From Vicinamibacteria bacterium (GTDB taxonomy: Bacteria; Acidobacteriota; Vicinamibacteria; Marinacidobacterales; Marinacidobacteraceae): 64,000 nucleotides of DNA. The notes beneath the pieces were generated by a model. That model saw nothing but the letters and a program-made list of their open reading frames with translations. It did not search any database and was not told the DNA's origin. Both the position numbers and the translations under genes were made by a program. This document shows, one piece after another, positions 1 through 10,043 of the stretch. Position 1 is the first letter of the stretch. Each line of letters starts with the position of its first letter. The stretch is taken from positions 480,001 to 544,000 of the forward strand of contig OY729431.1 of the NCBI GenBank assembly GCA_963422395.1, given 5' to 3'.

Positions 1-1555
1 TGATCGGGCCGAGCGACTCGCTCATTCCCCACTCGCAGACCATTCGGCGCGCCAGGTCGGTCGCCTTTTCGATGTCGTCGGACGCTCCGGTGGTCACCTG
101 TCCGAGGAAGATCTCTTCGGACAGCCGGCCACCCATCTTCACCGCGATCATCGCTTCCACATAGTCCCGGTCATGGGTCCGTCGATCGTCTTCCGGCAGG
201 AGCATGGTCACTCCCATCGCCACTCCACGCGGAATGATGCTCACCTTGTGGAGTGGATCGGCTTTCTCGAGGAGCGCTGCCACCACCGCATGTCCGGCTT
301 CGTGATAGGCGGTGGTGCGCTTTTCCTCGCTGGTCATGATGACCGAGCGGCGCTCGGCCCCCATGAGGACTTTGTCCTTGGCTTGTTCGAAGTCGTCCAT
401 CCGCACTTTCTTCTGCGAATGGCGCGCTGCATTCAGCGCGGCCTCGTTCACCAGGTTCGCAAGGTCGGCGCCCGAAAAACCGGGGGTGCCCCGGGCGATG
501 ATGTTGAGGTCCACTCCCTTTTCGAAGGGAATGCGGGCGCTGTGCACCTTGAGCACGCCTTCGCGTCCCTTGATGTCGGGCAGCGAAACGACCACCCGGC
601 GATCGAAGCGGCCCGGCCGAAGCAGCGCCGGATCGAGGACATCGGGCCGGTTCGTGGAGGCGATCAGGATGACTCCGTCGTTGGACTCGAAACCGTCCAT
701 CTCCACGAGCAACTGATTCAGAGTCTGTTCCCGTTCGTCGTGCCCGCCGCCGAGGCCCGCGCCCCGCTGGCGGCCGACGGCGTCGATCTCGTCGATGAAG
801 ACGATGCAGGGGGCGTTCTTCTTGCCCTGTTCGAACAGGTCGCGCACCCGGCTGGCGCCGACTCCGACGAACATCTCCACGAAGTCCGAGCCGCTGATCG
901 TGAAGAAGGGGACGTTCGCCTCCCCGGAAATGGCCCGTGCCAGGAGCGTCTTGCCGGTGCCGGGAGGGCCCATGAGCAGCACGCCCTTCGGGATCCGGCC
1001 GCCGAGCCGCTGGAATTTCTGCGGTTCCTTGAGGAAATCGATGATCTCCTGCAGCTCTTCCTTCGGTTCGTCCACTCCGGCCACATCCTTGAAGGTGACC
1101 TTCTTCTGCTGGTTCGTGGTGAGTTTCGCCCGGCTGCGCCCGAAGGACATGGCGCGATTCCCCGGCGTCTGCATCTGGCGGATCAGGAAGAAGAACAACC
1201 CGACGATGAGCAGGATCGGCAGCCAGCTGAGCAGCGTGAGGATCCACGGAGTCCGGCTCGCGTCGTCCGCCTCCACATCGATGCCCCGCTCGAGGAGGGT
1301 GGCGACGAGGCTTTCCATCTCCGGCGCGAAGGTGCGGAATTCCTTGCCGTCCACCCCGGTGCCGCTGATTTCGCTGCCCGCCCCGGTGCCGCTGATGCGA
1401 ACTTCGGCGATTCGATCCTCCTCGACCCGCTGCATGAACTGGGTGAAGGAGAGCTCGTTCTCCTCTTCTGCGAGCCGGCTCGATACATTCCAGAAGAGGA
1501 TCAGGACGAGCGACGCCGTCAGCCAGAACATCAGGTTCTTCATCGTCGAACTCAT
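1..1555 (-). CDS. ftsH: ATP-dependent zinc metalloprotease FtsH (3' end lies outside the window)
   Basis: Manual translation of the minus strand gives [12 protein letters not shown]..., two TM segments, Walker A GPPGTGKT, Walker B FIDEIDA, and the AYHEAGH zinc motif. Not in the ORF track because the stop is outside the window. Confidence 0.96.
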   Translation of the reverse strand, partial: MSSTMKNLMFWLTASLVLILFWNVSSRLAEEENELSFTQFMQRVEEDRIAEVRISGTGAGSEISGTGVDGKEFRTFAPEMESLVATLLERGIDVEADDASRTPWILTLLSWLPILLIVGLFFFLIRQMQTPGNRAMSFGRSRAKLTTNQQKKVTFKDVAGVDEPKEELQEIIDFLKEPQKFQRLGGRIPKGVLLMGPPGTGKTLLARAISGEANVPFFTISGSDFVEMFVGVGASRVRDLFEQGKKNAPCIVFIDEIDAVGRQRGAGLGGGHDEREQTLNQLLVEMDGFESNDGVILIASTNRPDVLDPALLRPGRFDRRVVVSLPDIKGREGVLKVHSARIPFEKGVDLNIIARGTPGFSGADLANLVNEAALNAARHSQKKVRMDDFEQAKDKVLMGAERRSVIMTSEEKRTTAYHEAGHAVVAALLEKADPLHKVSIIPRGVAMGVTMLLPEDDRRTHDRDYVEAMIAVKMGGRLSEEIFLGQVTTGASDDIEKATDLARRMVCEWGMSESLGPI

Positions 1556-1629
1556 CTCAGTCCTGCCACTCCAGGGATCGGGCCTTTCTCGCGCTGGGAA
1601 CGAACGGCAACAGCGAATTATAGGCGGGG

Positions 1630-2811
1630 TCAGCGGCCTCCGGGGAGAACGCTCCCGCTGTCTGCCGGTTCCGGCGCGGAGCCGCCGCCGGTACGGCGGC
1701 CCTCCCCGACGCCGATGATCGTTAGGAATCCGCGCTCGAGGCGGACCGTCGCGCCGGGCAGATCGAGGGAGGCTCCTCCCCTTCGGGCGCAGGCGATCCG
1801 GAGCGCCGCCTCGATGTGCACGAGGCCGATGCGCCGCAGATGGCCGCGCACGGTGCGGAGTCCTTCGCGGATCAGCCTTCGTTCGAGCGCGGGCTCGGTG
1901 TTCCCGAAGGCGGACGCCGCGATCGAGACCTCGACGACGGCGCCGCGCTGTCGGACCACAGCGATTTCGGCGAATCGGCGGGCCGAAAGCCCCTGGAGGC
2001 AAGCCTCGTCCTCGCGCAGCAATTCGGCGGTCCGCCCGAGCGCGGCTTCGATCTGCGGGTTCGACGTTTTACGCAGCAGCGGGAGGACTTCTTGCCGAAT
2101 TCGGTTTCGCGAAAATTCGGGGTTGGCGTTTTCGGGGTCCGGATAGTGTTGCCAGCCTTCCGCCTCGGCGAGTACGGCGATCTCGGCGCGGGACACCCCG
2201 AGCAGCGGGCGGACGATCCGGAAACCTCGCTCGTCGGCGCGGCAGGGCGGCATGGCGCCCAGGCCGAGACCGCCGGCGCCCCGTGCGAGCCGCAGGAGCA
2301 CCGTCTCGGCCTGGTCGGTCAGCGTATGCCCGAGCGCGACGACGAAAGCCCCCCGCTCGACCGAGACCTCCCGGAAGAAATCGAGCCGCTCGAGCCGGCC
2401 GGCTTCTTCGACCGATCGCCGTTCGCGGCGCGCTCTGCGGGCGACCTCCCGCCGCCCGCCCCGAAAGGGGACCCCGAGAGACGCCGCGACCCGCGCGGCG
2501 AAGTGCGCCTGCTCCGGAGAGTCGGGGCGGAGCGCGTGGTCGAGGTGAGCGGCCACCACCGGGGCGTCTCGGGGAGTGCCGGAGCGCCGCCCGATTTCGA
2601 CCAGCAGGTGGAGGAGGACGGTCGAATCCAGCCCTCCGGAATAGCCGGCGAGGATGCCCGGTCCGCCCTTCTGACCGAACTCCGGGATGTTCTCCTGCAG
2701 CGAAGCCGAGACGCACTCCAGAATTCGAGTGCGGAGCGCCGCCGGCCGGGTTCGCCGCCGGGTCGTTCCGGCGGGTGCCGGGCTCGGATCAGACGCCGGA
2801 GGCCGCGCCAT
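1630..2811 (-). CDS. tilS: tRNA(Ile)-lysidine synthetase
   Basis: PP-loop [39 protein letters not shown] motifs; upstream of ftsH as usual. Confidence 0.95.
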   Translation of the reverse strand: MARPPASDPSPAPAGTTRRRTRPAALRTRILECVSASLQENIPEFGQKGGPGILAGYSGGLDSTVLLHLLVEIGRRSGTPRDAPVVAAHLDHALRPDSPEQAHFAARVAASLGVPFRGGRREVARRARRERRSVEEAGRLERLDFFREVSVERGAFVVALGHTLTDQAETVLLRLARGAGGLGLGAMPPCRADERGFRIVRPLLGVSRAEIAVLAEAEGWQHYPDPENANPEFSRNRIRQEVLPLLRKTSNPQIEAALGRTAELLREDEACLQGLSARRFAEIAVVRQRGAVVEVSIAASAFGNTEPALERRLIREGLRTVRGHLRRIGLVHIEAALRIACARRGGASLDLPGATVRLERGFLTIIGVGEGRRTGGGSAPEPADSGSVLPGGR

Positions 2812-4108
2812 CGGCCTGCTGTCCTTCCTCCGGCTCGCTTCCAGCGGGCGCGGGTTCGATCCGCACCTGGACTACCCGGTGCTGCTCCACTTGTTCGACA
2901 CGCACCACGGCTCCTGGAATCCGCACCGTTTCTCCGGGCCGCGGAATCCGCCCGGTTCGTTCCAGGACGAACCCCGCCAGGGTGTCGTAGTCGTCGCCGT
3001 GCGGGATCTCTATCCGGCGGGGGGAGGTCTCCGAGATTCGCCCTCCCTGCGCCAGGGCGATATTCGCTTCGGAGACGGTCAGCGTTCCGTCGAACAGGTA
3101 ACTCCCGTCGGGAGACTCGATGCTCTCCGCCGGCGGGACGCCGCGGATGGCTTCGAGCAGCGAGCTGGAGGTCACGAGTCCTTCCACCCCTCCGTGTTCA
3201 TCCACCACGATCAGCATCCGGCAGGATTGCTCCCGCATCTGGACCAGCGCTTGCGCGAGAGTCGCCGTGCCGGGGGAAAATCGTGCGGGACGCAGATGCT
3301 GCTCCACTGGAAAACGATCGCCCGTTGCCAGCGCGGGGAGGGCCTCGCGCAGGTCGAGGAGGCCGCGGATGTCGTCGAGTCCCTTTTCCACCACGGGCAT
3401 TCGAGTATGGCCGTGTTCACGGAAGAGCTGCATGATTTCCTGGGTCCCGGCCCCGATGGGCGCCGCCGCGATCGCGCGGCGCGGGGTCATCACTTCGGTC
3501 AATCGGCGTCCGGTCGCCTCCACCAGGCGGGCGAGCACCTGCTTTTCGAGTTCGTCCCCGGCGCGCGGATCGAGGCGGAAGCTCGCGCGGATTTCGGCGG
3601 CACTGATCGCCACTTCCCGCGCCGGCCGGGAGATGCCGAAGAGCCGCAATACGCCGGTGACCAGCCCCGAAAGTGAGGAAGCGATCGGGCCGAGCAGCCA
3701 GAGCACCGCCTGCACCGGCCGGATCGTCCCGAGCGACCATCGTTCGGCGTGGCGCGAGGCGATGCTCTTCGGCAACATTTCGCCGAATACCAAGAGCGCC
3801 ACTCCGACCACGAGCGTCGAGATGGTGGCCGCGCGGGCCCGCTCCTCGGTGGTTTCGGCGCCCGAGGACAGGACGATCGTTACCAGGACCCCCGCCAGCA
3901 CATTGGCGAACACATTGCCGGTCAGGATCGCTCCGAGGAAACGCTCGGGCTGGGCGGCGACTCGAAGCGCTGCGGCTGCCCTGCGGTTTTGGGAAGCGAG
4001 CGCCCGCAGCCGGTGAAGACGAACCGCCATGAAGGCGGTTTCCGAGCCGGAGAAGAACGCGGAGAGGACGAGCACGGCGAGGAGCGCCGCCGCAAACGCC
4101 CCGATCAC
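2789..4108 (-). CDS. HlyC/CorC (CNNM/DUF21 + CBS pair + CorC) membrane protein
   Basis: SAFFSGSETA, FGEMLPKS, VMTPR, HTRMPV, VDEHGGVEGLVT, YDTLAGFVL motifs. Confidence 0.92.
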   Translation of the reverse strand: MIGAFAAALLAVLVLSAFFSGSETAFMAVRLHRLRALASQNRRAAAALRVAAQPERFLGAILTGNVFANVLAGVLVTIVLSSGAETTEERARAATISTLVVGVALLVFGEMLPKSIASRHAERWSLGTIRPVQAVLWLLGPIASSLSGLVTGVLRLFGISRPAREVAISAAEIRASFRLDPRAGDELEKQVLARLVEATGRRLTEVMTPRRAIAAAPIGAGTQEIMQLFREHGHTRMPVVEKGLDDIRGLLDLREALPALATGDRFPVEQHLRPARFSPGTATLAQALVQMREQSCRMLIVVDEHGGVEGLVTSSSLLEAIRGVPPAESIESPDGSYLFDGTLTVSEANIALAQGGRISETSPRRIEIPHGDDYDTLAGFVLERTGRIPRPGETVRIPGAVVRVEQVEQHRVVQVRIEPAPAGSEPEEGQQADGAASGV

Positions 4109-4136
4109 TCGAAGGGCCGGCCCCCGGCGCCGCTGC

Positions 4137-5225
4137 TCACGGGAAACGGCGAAGGACGCGGTACCTGGTGTCCCGCTGGACGGGGGCGAAGCCCGCTTCT
4201 CGAATCAGGAGCTGCACCTCTTCGGTACTCGTCCGGTTCACGAAACCGGTACAGGCGTGGACATTCTCTTCGATGAGCGTCCCCCCGAAGTCGTCGGCGC
4301 CCCAGTGGAGACCGACCTGCCCCGCCTTCTTGCCTTCACTGAACCAGGAAGCCTGGATGTGATCGAAGTTGTCGAGCACGAGCCGGGCTACCGCGAGCAC
4401 CCGGAGGTAATCGTTCGGTCCGGCGTAGTGCGGAATCTTCCGGACCAGCGGCGTGTTGCCAGGTTTGAAGCTCCAGGGGACGAACGCGGTGAAGCCGGAG
4501 GATTCGTCCTGCAGTTCGCGGATGGCCAGCAGATGTCCGACGATGTCCTCGTTCGTCTCGAGGTGTCCGTACATCATGGTGGCGGTGCTTCGAAAACCGA
4601 GAGCATGCGCTTCCCGATGGACATCGATCCAGGCGGCCGCTCCTCCCTTCTTGTGGGAGATCTTGCGGCGAACCCGGTCGGTGAGAATCTCGGCCCCGCC
4701 GCCCGGCAAAGTATCCTGGCCGGCGTCCTTCAGGCGGCGGAGCACTTCCCGAATGCTCAGTCCGCTCACTTTCGCCATGCCTTCGATCTCCACTGCCGAC
4801 CAGAAGTGCGGGGTCACCGAGGGGAAGCGCTCCCGTGTTTCGCGCACGAGGTCGAGGTAGTAGTCGAGAGGGAGGGATTCGTTCACTCCTCCCTGTAGCA
4901 GCACCGTGGTGGCGCCCCGTTCGACGGCGCGTCCGATCCGGGTCAGCATCTCCTCGACGGTGTGGGTGTATGCCTCATCATGGCCCGGGGGTCGGTAGAA
5001 CGCGCAGAAGGTGCAGTCCACTTCGCAGACATTCGTGTAGTTCGGATTCGTGTCCACCACGAAAGTGACTTCCGGATCGGGGTGGCGGCGAAAACGCTCG
5101 TGGTTCGCCAGTTCGCCGAGCCCGAGGAGCGGCGCCTCGTCCATCAGCCAGCGCGCGTCGTTTCGGGTCATCCTCATCCGGCTTTCGGCCTTGCGTCGGA
5201 TCCGTTCCATGTCGTTGCTGTTCAT
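4137..5225 (-). CDS. mqnC: Cyclic dehypoxanthinyl futalosine synthase (radical SAM)
   Basis: NPNYTNVCEVDCTFCAF (CxxxCxxC), LLQGG, LPGGGAEIL, TATMMYGH, IQASW, GADDFGGTLIEENV. Start taken at MNSNDM, overlapping the mqnA stop. Confidence 0.92.
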   Translation of the reverse strand: MNSNDMERIRRKAESRMRMTRNDARWLMDEAPLLGLGELANHERFRRHPDPEVTFVVDTNPNYTNVCEVDCTFCAFYRPPGHDEAYTHTVEEMLTRIGRAVERGATTVLLQGGVNESLPLDYYLDLVRETRERFPSVTPHFWSAVEIEGMAKVSGLSIREVLRRLKDAGQDTLPGGGAEILTDRVRRKISHKKGGAAAWIDVHREAHALGFRSTATMMYGHLETNEDIVGHLLAIRELQDESSGFTAFVPWSFKPGNTPLVRKIPHYAGPNDYLRVLAVARLVLDNFDHIQASWFSEGKKAGQVGLHWGADDFGGTLIEENVHACTGFVNRTSTEEVQLLIREAGFAPVQRDTRYRVLRRFP

Positions 5226-6070
5226 GGTGCGGCAGACAGAGGACGGCAGGGGGCGCCGGAGTGACCGCTGGCTTCCGCTGCCGTCGGAACAGGGGAAAGG
5301 ACAGGAGAGGGAACGAGGTTCCGGCGCGCCGCCAGGCGCCGGAAGGCCTCGAAACCGCGGCGTTCCGAGGGGCCGAATCGATAGGTGAAATCGGCGAGGT
5401 AGGCACCGATCGTCTCGGCGTTTCCGAGGGAGCCGGCTGCCTCGGCGGCGATCTCCGGGATCCTCCGGATCCCGTTCTCGAGGGAATGGGCGATCCCCGC
5501 CGCGAGCCGGGAACGAGTGGACCGGGTCAGCGAGCGGCGCGCGCTCCAGACCGCGAAGACGAAGGGAAGCCCCGTCCATTCCCGCCAGCAGCTGGCGAGA
5601 TCGAAGCGAAACCGGAACGACGGGTCCGGGTTTTCGCGCTCGCGGAGCGCTTCGTCGCCGATGAGCAGGACTGCGTCCTGGCCGCGGGTCACGCCGCGGC
5701 GGTACTGCGGCGGCGAGATTCCGAGATGTTCCTCGAGCCAAAGCTTCAGCAGCAGAACCGAGGTGGAGGTTTCTCGGGTGATTTCGACGATCCGGCCGCC
5801 GAGTTCGGTCGGATCCCGCCGAGAGAGCAGGAAGACGCTGCCGGCTTGCTCGCGGCAGGCGATTCCGAAGGGGCCGCCGGCTTCGTCGAGGGGGGAGTAA
5901 CGGTCCTCGTGGCGTAGCAGATCCCCCAGCGAAAGCAGACCGGCGTCGATCTCGCCCGCGGCAGCGAGGCATCCGATCTCGGAAGGCGAGGCCCGAAAAA
6001 GGCGTACGCCGGGCAAAGGCTCGAACGGCCGGGTGTTCAGGTAGGCGAGTTGGCCGAGCAGAAGCCGCAC
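5222..6070 (-). CDS. mqnA: Chorismate dehydratase (futalosine pathway)
   Basis: YLNTRPF, TSTSVLL, LLIGDEAL, DLASCWREWTGLPFVFAVW. Confidence 0.92.
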   Translation of the reverse strand: MRLLLGQLAYLNTRPFEPLPGVRLFRASPSEIGCLAAAGEIDAGLLSLGDLLRHEDRYSPLDEAGGPFGIACREQAGSVFLLSRRDPTELGGRIVEITRETSTSVLLLKLWLEEHLGISPPQYRRGVTRGQDAVLLIGDEALRERENPDPSFRFRFDLASCWREWTGLPFVFAVWSARRSLTRSTRSRLAAGIAHSLENGIRRIPEIAAEAAGSLGNAETIGAYLADFTYRFGPSERRGFEAFRRLAARRNLVPSPVLSPVPTAAEASGHSGAPCRPLSAAP

Positions 6071-6090
6071 GGTACCGGGCCGCAGTGCAG

Positions 6091-7203
6091 TCAGGCTGCT
6101 TCCCAGACCCGCACGACGTTGTAGAGCGCGTCGCGCTCGATGGGAGTCTTGCCTGCGTCACGAATCATCCGGACGAGGCGCTCGCGCGCCACCCCGACCG
6201 GGCTCGTGGCCTGGGCGTAGTGAGCGATGCGCTCTTCGCCGATCGTGCCGTCGAGGTCGCTCGCGCCGAAGTGCAGCGCCATCGCTGCCGAATCCTCGCC
6301 GAGCATCACCCAATAGGCCTTGATGTGCGGAAAATTGTCGAGCAGAAGACGCGCGCAGGCCACCGTTCGCAGGTCTTCGAGCACCGAGGCCTGCCGTTCG
6401 GCGAGCCCGGTGTTTCCCGGCTGCAGTGCGAGGGGAATGAAGGAGGTGAAACCGGCGTCCGATGGCCCCCGGCCGTCCTGCGCCTCCCGGAGCTGCATCA
6501 TGTGATCCACCCGCTCGGCGAGGGTCTCGATGTGCCCGTAGAGCAGCGTTGCGTTCGTCATGATTCCGAGACGGTGTGCCGTGCGGTGCACTTCGAACCA
6601 GCGCTCCCGTCCGATCTTGGTGCGGAAGGTCTCCTTGCGCACTCGATCGGAGAAAACTTCCGCGCCCCCGCCGGGAAGCGTCTTGAGTCCGGCCTCCTTG
6701 AGGCGGGTGAGGATGTCCTCGATGGAGGTCTTTTCGAGGCGCGCGAACCAGTCGATCTCGACGGCGGTCCAGGCCTTGATCTGCACCTCGGGAAACCGCC
6801 GGTGGATTTCCCGCACGATCTCGAGATAGCGGTCGAATCGCCATTTCGGATGGAGGCCGCCAACGATGTGCACTTCGGAGAGTTCTTCGGACACCTGGGC
6901 GAGCACTTCCTCCAGGCTCTGCTCATAGGCGTGGTCGTCGCCCGGCTTGGCGGCGAAATCGCAAAAAGCGCAGGAAAGTACGCAGAGGTTCGTGGGATTG
7001 ATCTGGCGGTTGACCACGAACTGCACTCGATTTCCATTTCGGGTTCTCGCCGCATGGTCTGCCATCCGGCCGATTGCCGGAAGATCGAGCGTTTCGAGCA
7101 GGGTGAGCCCGTCATCGAAATCGAGCCGCTGCCCGGCGAGCACCTTTTCCCAGATGGGAACGAGAGCGCGGTCGCGGAACACGACCCCGTCGGCGAGTAG
7201 CAA
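6091..7203 (-). CDS. mqnE: Aminodeoxyfutalosine synthase (radical SAM)
   Basis: INPTNLCVLSCAFCDF, EVHIVGGLHP, IKAWTAVEI, NATLLYGHIE, HIKAYWVM, ERDALY. Confidence 0.93.
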   Translation of the reverse strand: MLLADGVVFRDRALVPIWEKVLAGQRLDFDDGLTLLETLDLPAIGRMADHAARTRNGNRVQFVVNRQINPTNLCVLSCAFCDFAAKPGDDHAYEQSLEEVLAQVSEELSEVHIVGGLHPKWRFDRYLEIVREIHRRFPEVQIKAWTAVEIDWFARLEKTSIEDILTRLKEAGLKTLPGGGAEVFSDRVRKETFRTKIGRERWFEVHRTAHRLGIMTNATLLYGHIETLAERVDHMMQLREAQDGRGPSDAGFTSFIPLALQPGNTGLAERQASVLEDLRTVACARLLLDNFPHIKAYWVMLGEDSAAMALHFGASDLDGTIGEERIAHYAQATSPVGVARERLVRMIRDAGKTPIERDALYNVVRVWEAA

Positions 7204-7352
7204 GGGATGGTCTCCGGAGGGGGTGCCTCGGGGAGCCAGGCGCCGCTACTCGGCCCTGGCTGCGAGACTTGGGGAAGAACTGAAAATCGTAGCATGGGGA
7301 CGTCCCGATTTCGGCTTGGGGCGGTCTTTACGAGACCCGGGAGAGCGGCGTC

Positions 7353-7904
7353 TCACCGAGTCTCTTCTTCGCGCCAGCCTGGCGTCTCGCTGACTCCGAG
7401 GACGCCGAGCACCTTGTCGCAGAAGCCGTCCACGAGATCGTCCGTCGAGGACGGATTTCGATACCAGGGCGGGGCGACCGGCATGACGATGCCGCCGGCT
7501 TCCGATACCCGCAGGGCGTTTTGCAGCGTGATGGCGGACCAGGGGGTCTCGCGTATGCAGAGGACGAGGGGCAGCCGCTCCTTCAGTGCGACCTGGGCGG
7601 CCCGAGTGATGAGCGTGTCGGCGATTCCATGCGCCACCTTGCCGAGTGTGGACAGACTGCAAGGAATCAGCACCAGGCCGTCATGGCGGTTGGAGCCCGA
7701 GGCCCATGGTGCAGCGAGGTCGGTGTCGCGGTGGATGCGCCGCACCTGGCCGCCGAGTTCCGCAAGAGAAAGTCCGGTCTCGAGCCGAAGGACCTCTTCG
7801 CCCCACCGGGAGACGATGAGGTGTTTTTCGCCTGGACAGCGCTTCAGGAACCGAACGCCGTACACCGCACCGGAGGATCCCGATATTCCGACGACGACCT
7901 TCAT
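7353..7904 (-). CDS. ubiX: Flavin prenyltransferase UbiX
   Basis: MKVVVGISGSSGAVYG, ASGS, PCSLSTL, RAAQVALKER, RETP. True start is inside the longer track ORF. Confidence 0.92.
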   Translation of the reverse strand: MKVVVGISGSSGAVYGVRFLKRCPGEKHLIVSRWGEEVLRLETGLSLAELGGQVRRIHRDTDLAAPWASGSNRHDGLVLIPCSLSTLGKVAHGIADTLITRAAQVALKERLPLVLCIRETPWSAITLQNALRVSEAGGIVMPVAPPWYRNPSSTDDLVDGFCDKVLGVLGVSETPGWREEETR

Positions 7905-7915
7905 GGACTCCGCCT

Positions 7916-8803
7916 TCACGGATTCCCGCCTGGCAGCGGAGTTTCGGAAAGCGCGACGCCCAGGAAGACGGCTGCGCCGATCGCCGCGTTCATCGGGAAG
8001 AAGGCGAACTCCACGCGGTGACGGAGGAGATGCTGTGCGATGAAGAGGGCACCGGCGACGGCGAAAAGCAGTGCGGCCCACAGACCGGCGAGCGCGGCGG
8101 CGAACAGGCCGGCCAACAGGAGGAACGAAGCGGCGTGAAGGCCGGCGGCGACGGAAAGCGCCGCGGGCGCGCCGATGGCGGCCGGCAGCGAGTGAACCCC
8201 GAGTCTTCGGTCCGATTCCTCGTCGAGGGTGGCGTAGCAGATGTCGAATCCGGCGGACCACAGCGTCGTGAACGCGGCGAGCAGCAGGATCGGCGTGAGA
8301 CCCTCCCATGCGAGCGAGACCGCGTAGAAGCCGCAGATCGGTCCCAGAGCGAGGGTGAGGCCAAGCCCGAGATGCGCCCAACGGGTCACCCGTTTCAACA
8401 GGGGGTACCCGAGGAACGCGCCGAGGGCCAGCGGGCCGAGGATTAGGCAGCGCGGCGAGATGGCCCAGGCGGCGAACAGCGCAACCAGGAACGCGCCGCC
8501 CGCGGCGCCCACGGCCGCCCGCCGCGTGATCCTGCCCGAGGGCAGCGCCCGGTCCATCGTCCGCGGGTTCTGTGCATCCAGACGATGGTCCAGGATTCGA
8601 TTCAGTCCGAGCGCCGTCGTCCGGGCGCCCGTCGCCGCCACCAGGATCAGCACCGCAGTGCGAACCGTCAACGGAGGCTCCGCGAGCAACGCTCCGGCGT
8701 AGATCAGTGGAAGCGAGAGCAGCGAGTGTTCCAGCTTGAGGTAATCGGCCCAGATCCGGAAACGATCGGCGACCGGTACGCTTTCGGTTTTGGCAGCGGA
8801 CAC
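7916..8803 (-). CDS. UbiA-family polyprenyltransferase (MqnP-like)
   Basis: KLEHS, GARTTALGLNRILD...DAQNPRTMDRALPSG, GFDICYATLDEESD; multi-TM; heads the mqn cluster. Confidence 0.9.
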   Translation of the reverse strand: MSAAKTESVPVADRFRIWADYLKLEHSLLSLPLIYAGALLAEPPLTVRTAVLILVAATGARTTALGLNRILDHRLDAQNPRTMDRALPSGRITRRAAVGAAGGAFLVALFAAWAISPRCLILGPLALGAFLGYPLLKRVTRWAHLGLGLTLALGPICGFYAVSLAWEGLTPILLLAAFTTLWSAGFDICYATLDEESDRRLGVHSLPAAIGAPAALSVAAGLHAASFLLLAGLFAAALAGLWAALLFAVAGALFIAQHLLRHRVEFAFFPMNAAIGAAVFLGVALSETPLPGGNP

Positions 8804-8936
8804 GGTTCCGACGGGTGAATATAGGGGAGGAATGGTGCTGACAGACGGGAGTTTCCGGACTTTACTCCGGCTTCGAACGCCGTGATACTCTTTCGGAAAT
8901 GCTGTGTGGGCGGGCGGAAAGCAACGACTTGGTTGT

Positions 8937-8974
8937 CTGACCCAAAGGGCTGACCCAAAGGCCTGAACGAAAGG
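8937..8974 (+). repeat. Three 12-bp direct repeats at 13-bp period (CTGACCCAAAGG x2, CTGAACGAAAGG) upstream of the histone-like gene
   Basis: Read directly at 8937, 8950 and 8963. The last copy ends in an SD-like AAAGGA. Function unknown. Confidence 0.6.
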
Positions 8975-8987
8975 ACGGAATCGCCCG

Positions 8988-9812
8988 ATGAAGAAAAAAG
9001 CGACGCGTAAAAAGAAGAAAGTCGCGGCGCGCGCGAGTGTTCATCGCAAGGTGACCCGCAAGAAGGCGACGCGCAAGAAAGCCGCGGCACGGAAGGCGAC
9101 CCGGAAGAAGGTGACCCGCAAGAAAGCCGTGGCGCGGAAGGCGACCCGGAAGAAGGTGACCCGCAAGAAAGCCGCGGCACGGAAGGCGACCCGGAAGAAG
9201 GCGACGCGCAAGAAAGCCGCGGCACGGAAGGCGACAAGGAAGAAAGCGACGCGCAAGAAAGCCGCGGCACGGAAGGCGACCCGGAAGAAAGCGACGCGGA
9301 AGAAGGCGACCCGGAAGAAGGCGACCCGGAAGAAGGCGACCCGGAAGAAGGCGACGCGGAAGAAAGCGACGCGGAAGAAGGCGACCCGGAAGAAAGCGAC
9401 GCGGAAGAAAGCGACCCGGAAGAAAGCGACGCGGAAGAAGGCGACGCGGAAGAAGGCGACCCGGAAGAAAGCGACCCGGAAGAAGGCGACGCGGAAGAAA
9501 GCGACCCGGAAGAAAGTGACCCGGAAGAAGGCGACCCGGAAGAAAGTGACCCGGAAGAAGGCGACCCGGAAGAAGGCCGCGGCTTCGAGTGCGGCTGCGA
9601 CCGCGGAAGAAACGCCTGCGACCGCGGAGGAAACGCCTGCGACCGCGGAGGAAACGCCTGCGACCGCAGAGGAAACGCCTGCGACCGCGGAGGAAACGCC
9701 TGCGACCGCAGAGGAAACGCCTGCGACCGCAGAGGAAACGCCTGCGACCGCAGAGGAATCTGAAGAATCTCCGGCCGCCTCGGCCGCCGTGGCGGGTCCG
9801 GACGGAGGCTGA
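8988..9812 (+). CDS. Histone H1/Hc2-like Lys/Arg-rich repeat protein with acidic C-terminal repeats
   Basis: About 35 KKATR-type pentapeptides followed by 7 ATAEETP heptads. Synonymous third-position variation between repeats supports this frame as coding. Confidence 0.8.
   Translation: MKKKATRKKKKVAARASVHRKVTRKKATRKKAAARKATRKKVTRKKAVARKATRKKVTRKKAAARKATRKKATRKKAAARKATRKKATRKKAAARKATRKKATRKKATRKKATRKKATRKKATRKKATRKKATRKKATRKKATRKKATRKKATRKKATRKKATRKKATRKKATRKKVTRKKATRKKVTRKKATRKKAAASSAAATAEETPATAEETPATAEETPATAEETPATAEETPATAEETPATAEETPATAEESEESPAASAAVAGPDGG
9048..9575 (+). repeat. 15-bp tandem repeat (AAGAA(G/A)GCGAC(C/G)CGG) encoding KKATR
   Basis: Visible directly in the sequence. Confidence 0.95.
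9597..9758 (+). repeat. 21-bp tandem repeat (GCGACCGC(G/A)GAGGAAACGCCT), 7 copies plus a partial, encoding ATAEETP
   Basis: Visible directly in the sequence. Confidence 0.95.
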
Positions 9813-10043
9813 ACCAGAGCGGGAACTCCACGAGTTCCCCGTCTCGGCTTTCGAGTCGGGTTGCCGGCGGGCGCATCCGACCGGGTCGCTGCTGTTGCGG
9901 GCTCCGGTACTCCGCTCTTCCGGAAGGGCCGGAGCGTGTTCTCCGGCGGGGAGGGGAGTCCATCGACTCACCAGTAGCCTCTGTGCTAGAATGGGCGGTT
10001 CGCTTCCCGCTTTCCTAGAATTTCGTCGGGGGAGATTTCCGTC

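Noticed and set aside
4137-6161. Apparent fusion or extended ORFs (4137..6161, 12221..14689, 17548..19632, 28644..32111, 46120..48111, 58155..60179)
   Set aside because: Upstream parts are off-frame overlaps with neighbouring real genes in GC-rich DNA. Starts were reassigned to the conserved domains.
9821-9839. Hairpin GGGAACTC-CAC-GAGTTCCC as terminator of the histone-like gene
   Set aside because: No U-tract follows, so it cannot be distinguished from a chance or stabilising hairpin.
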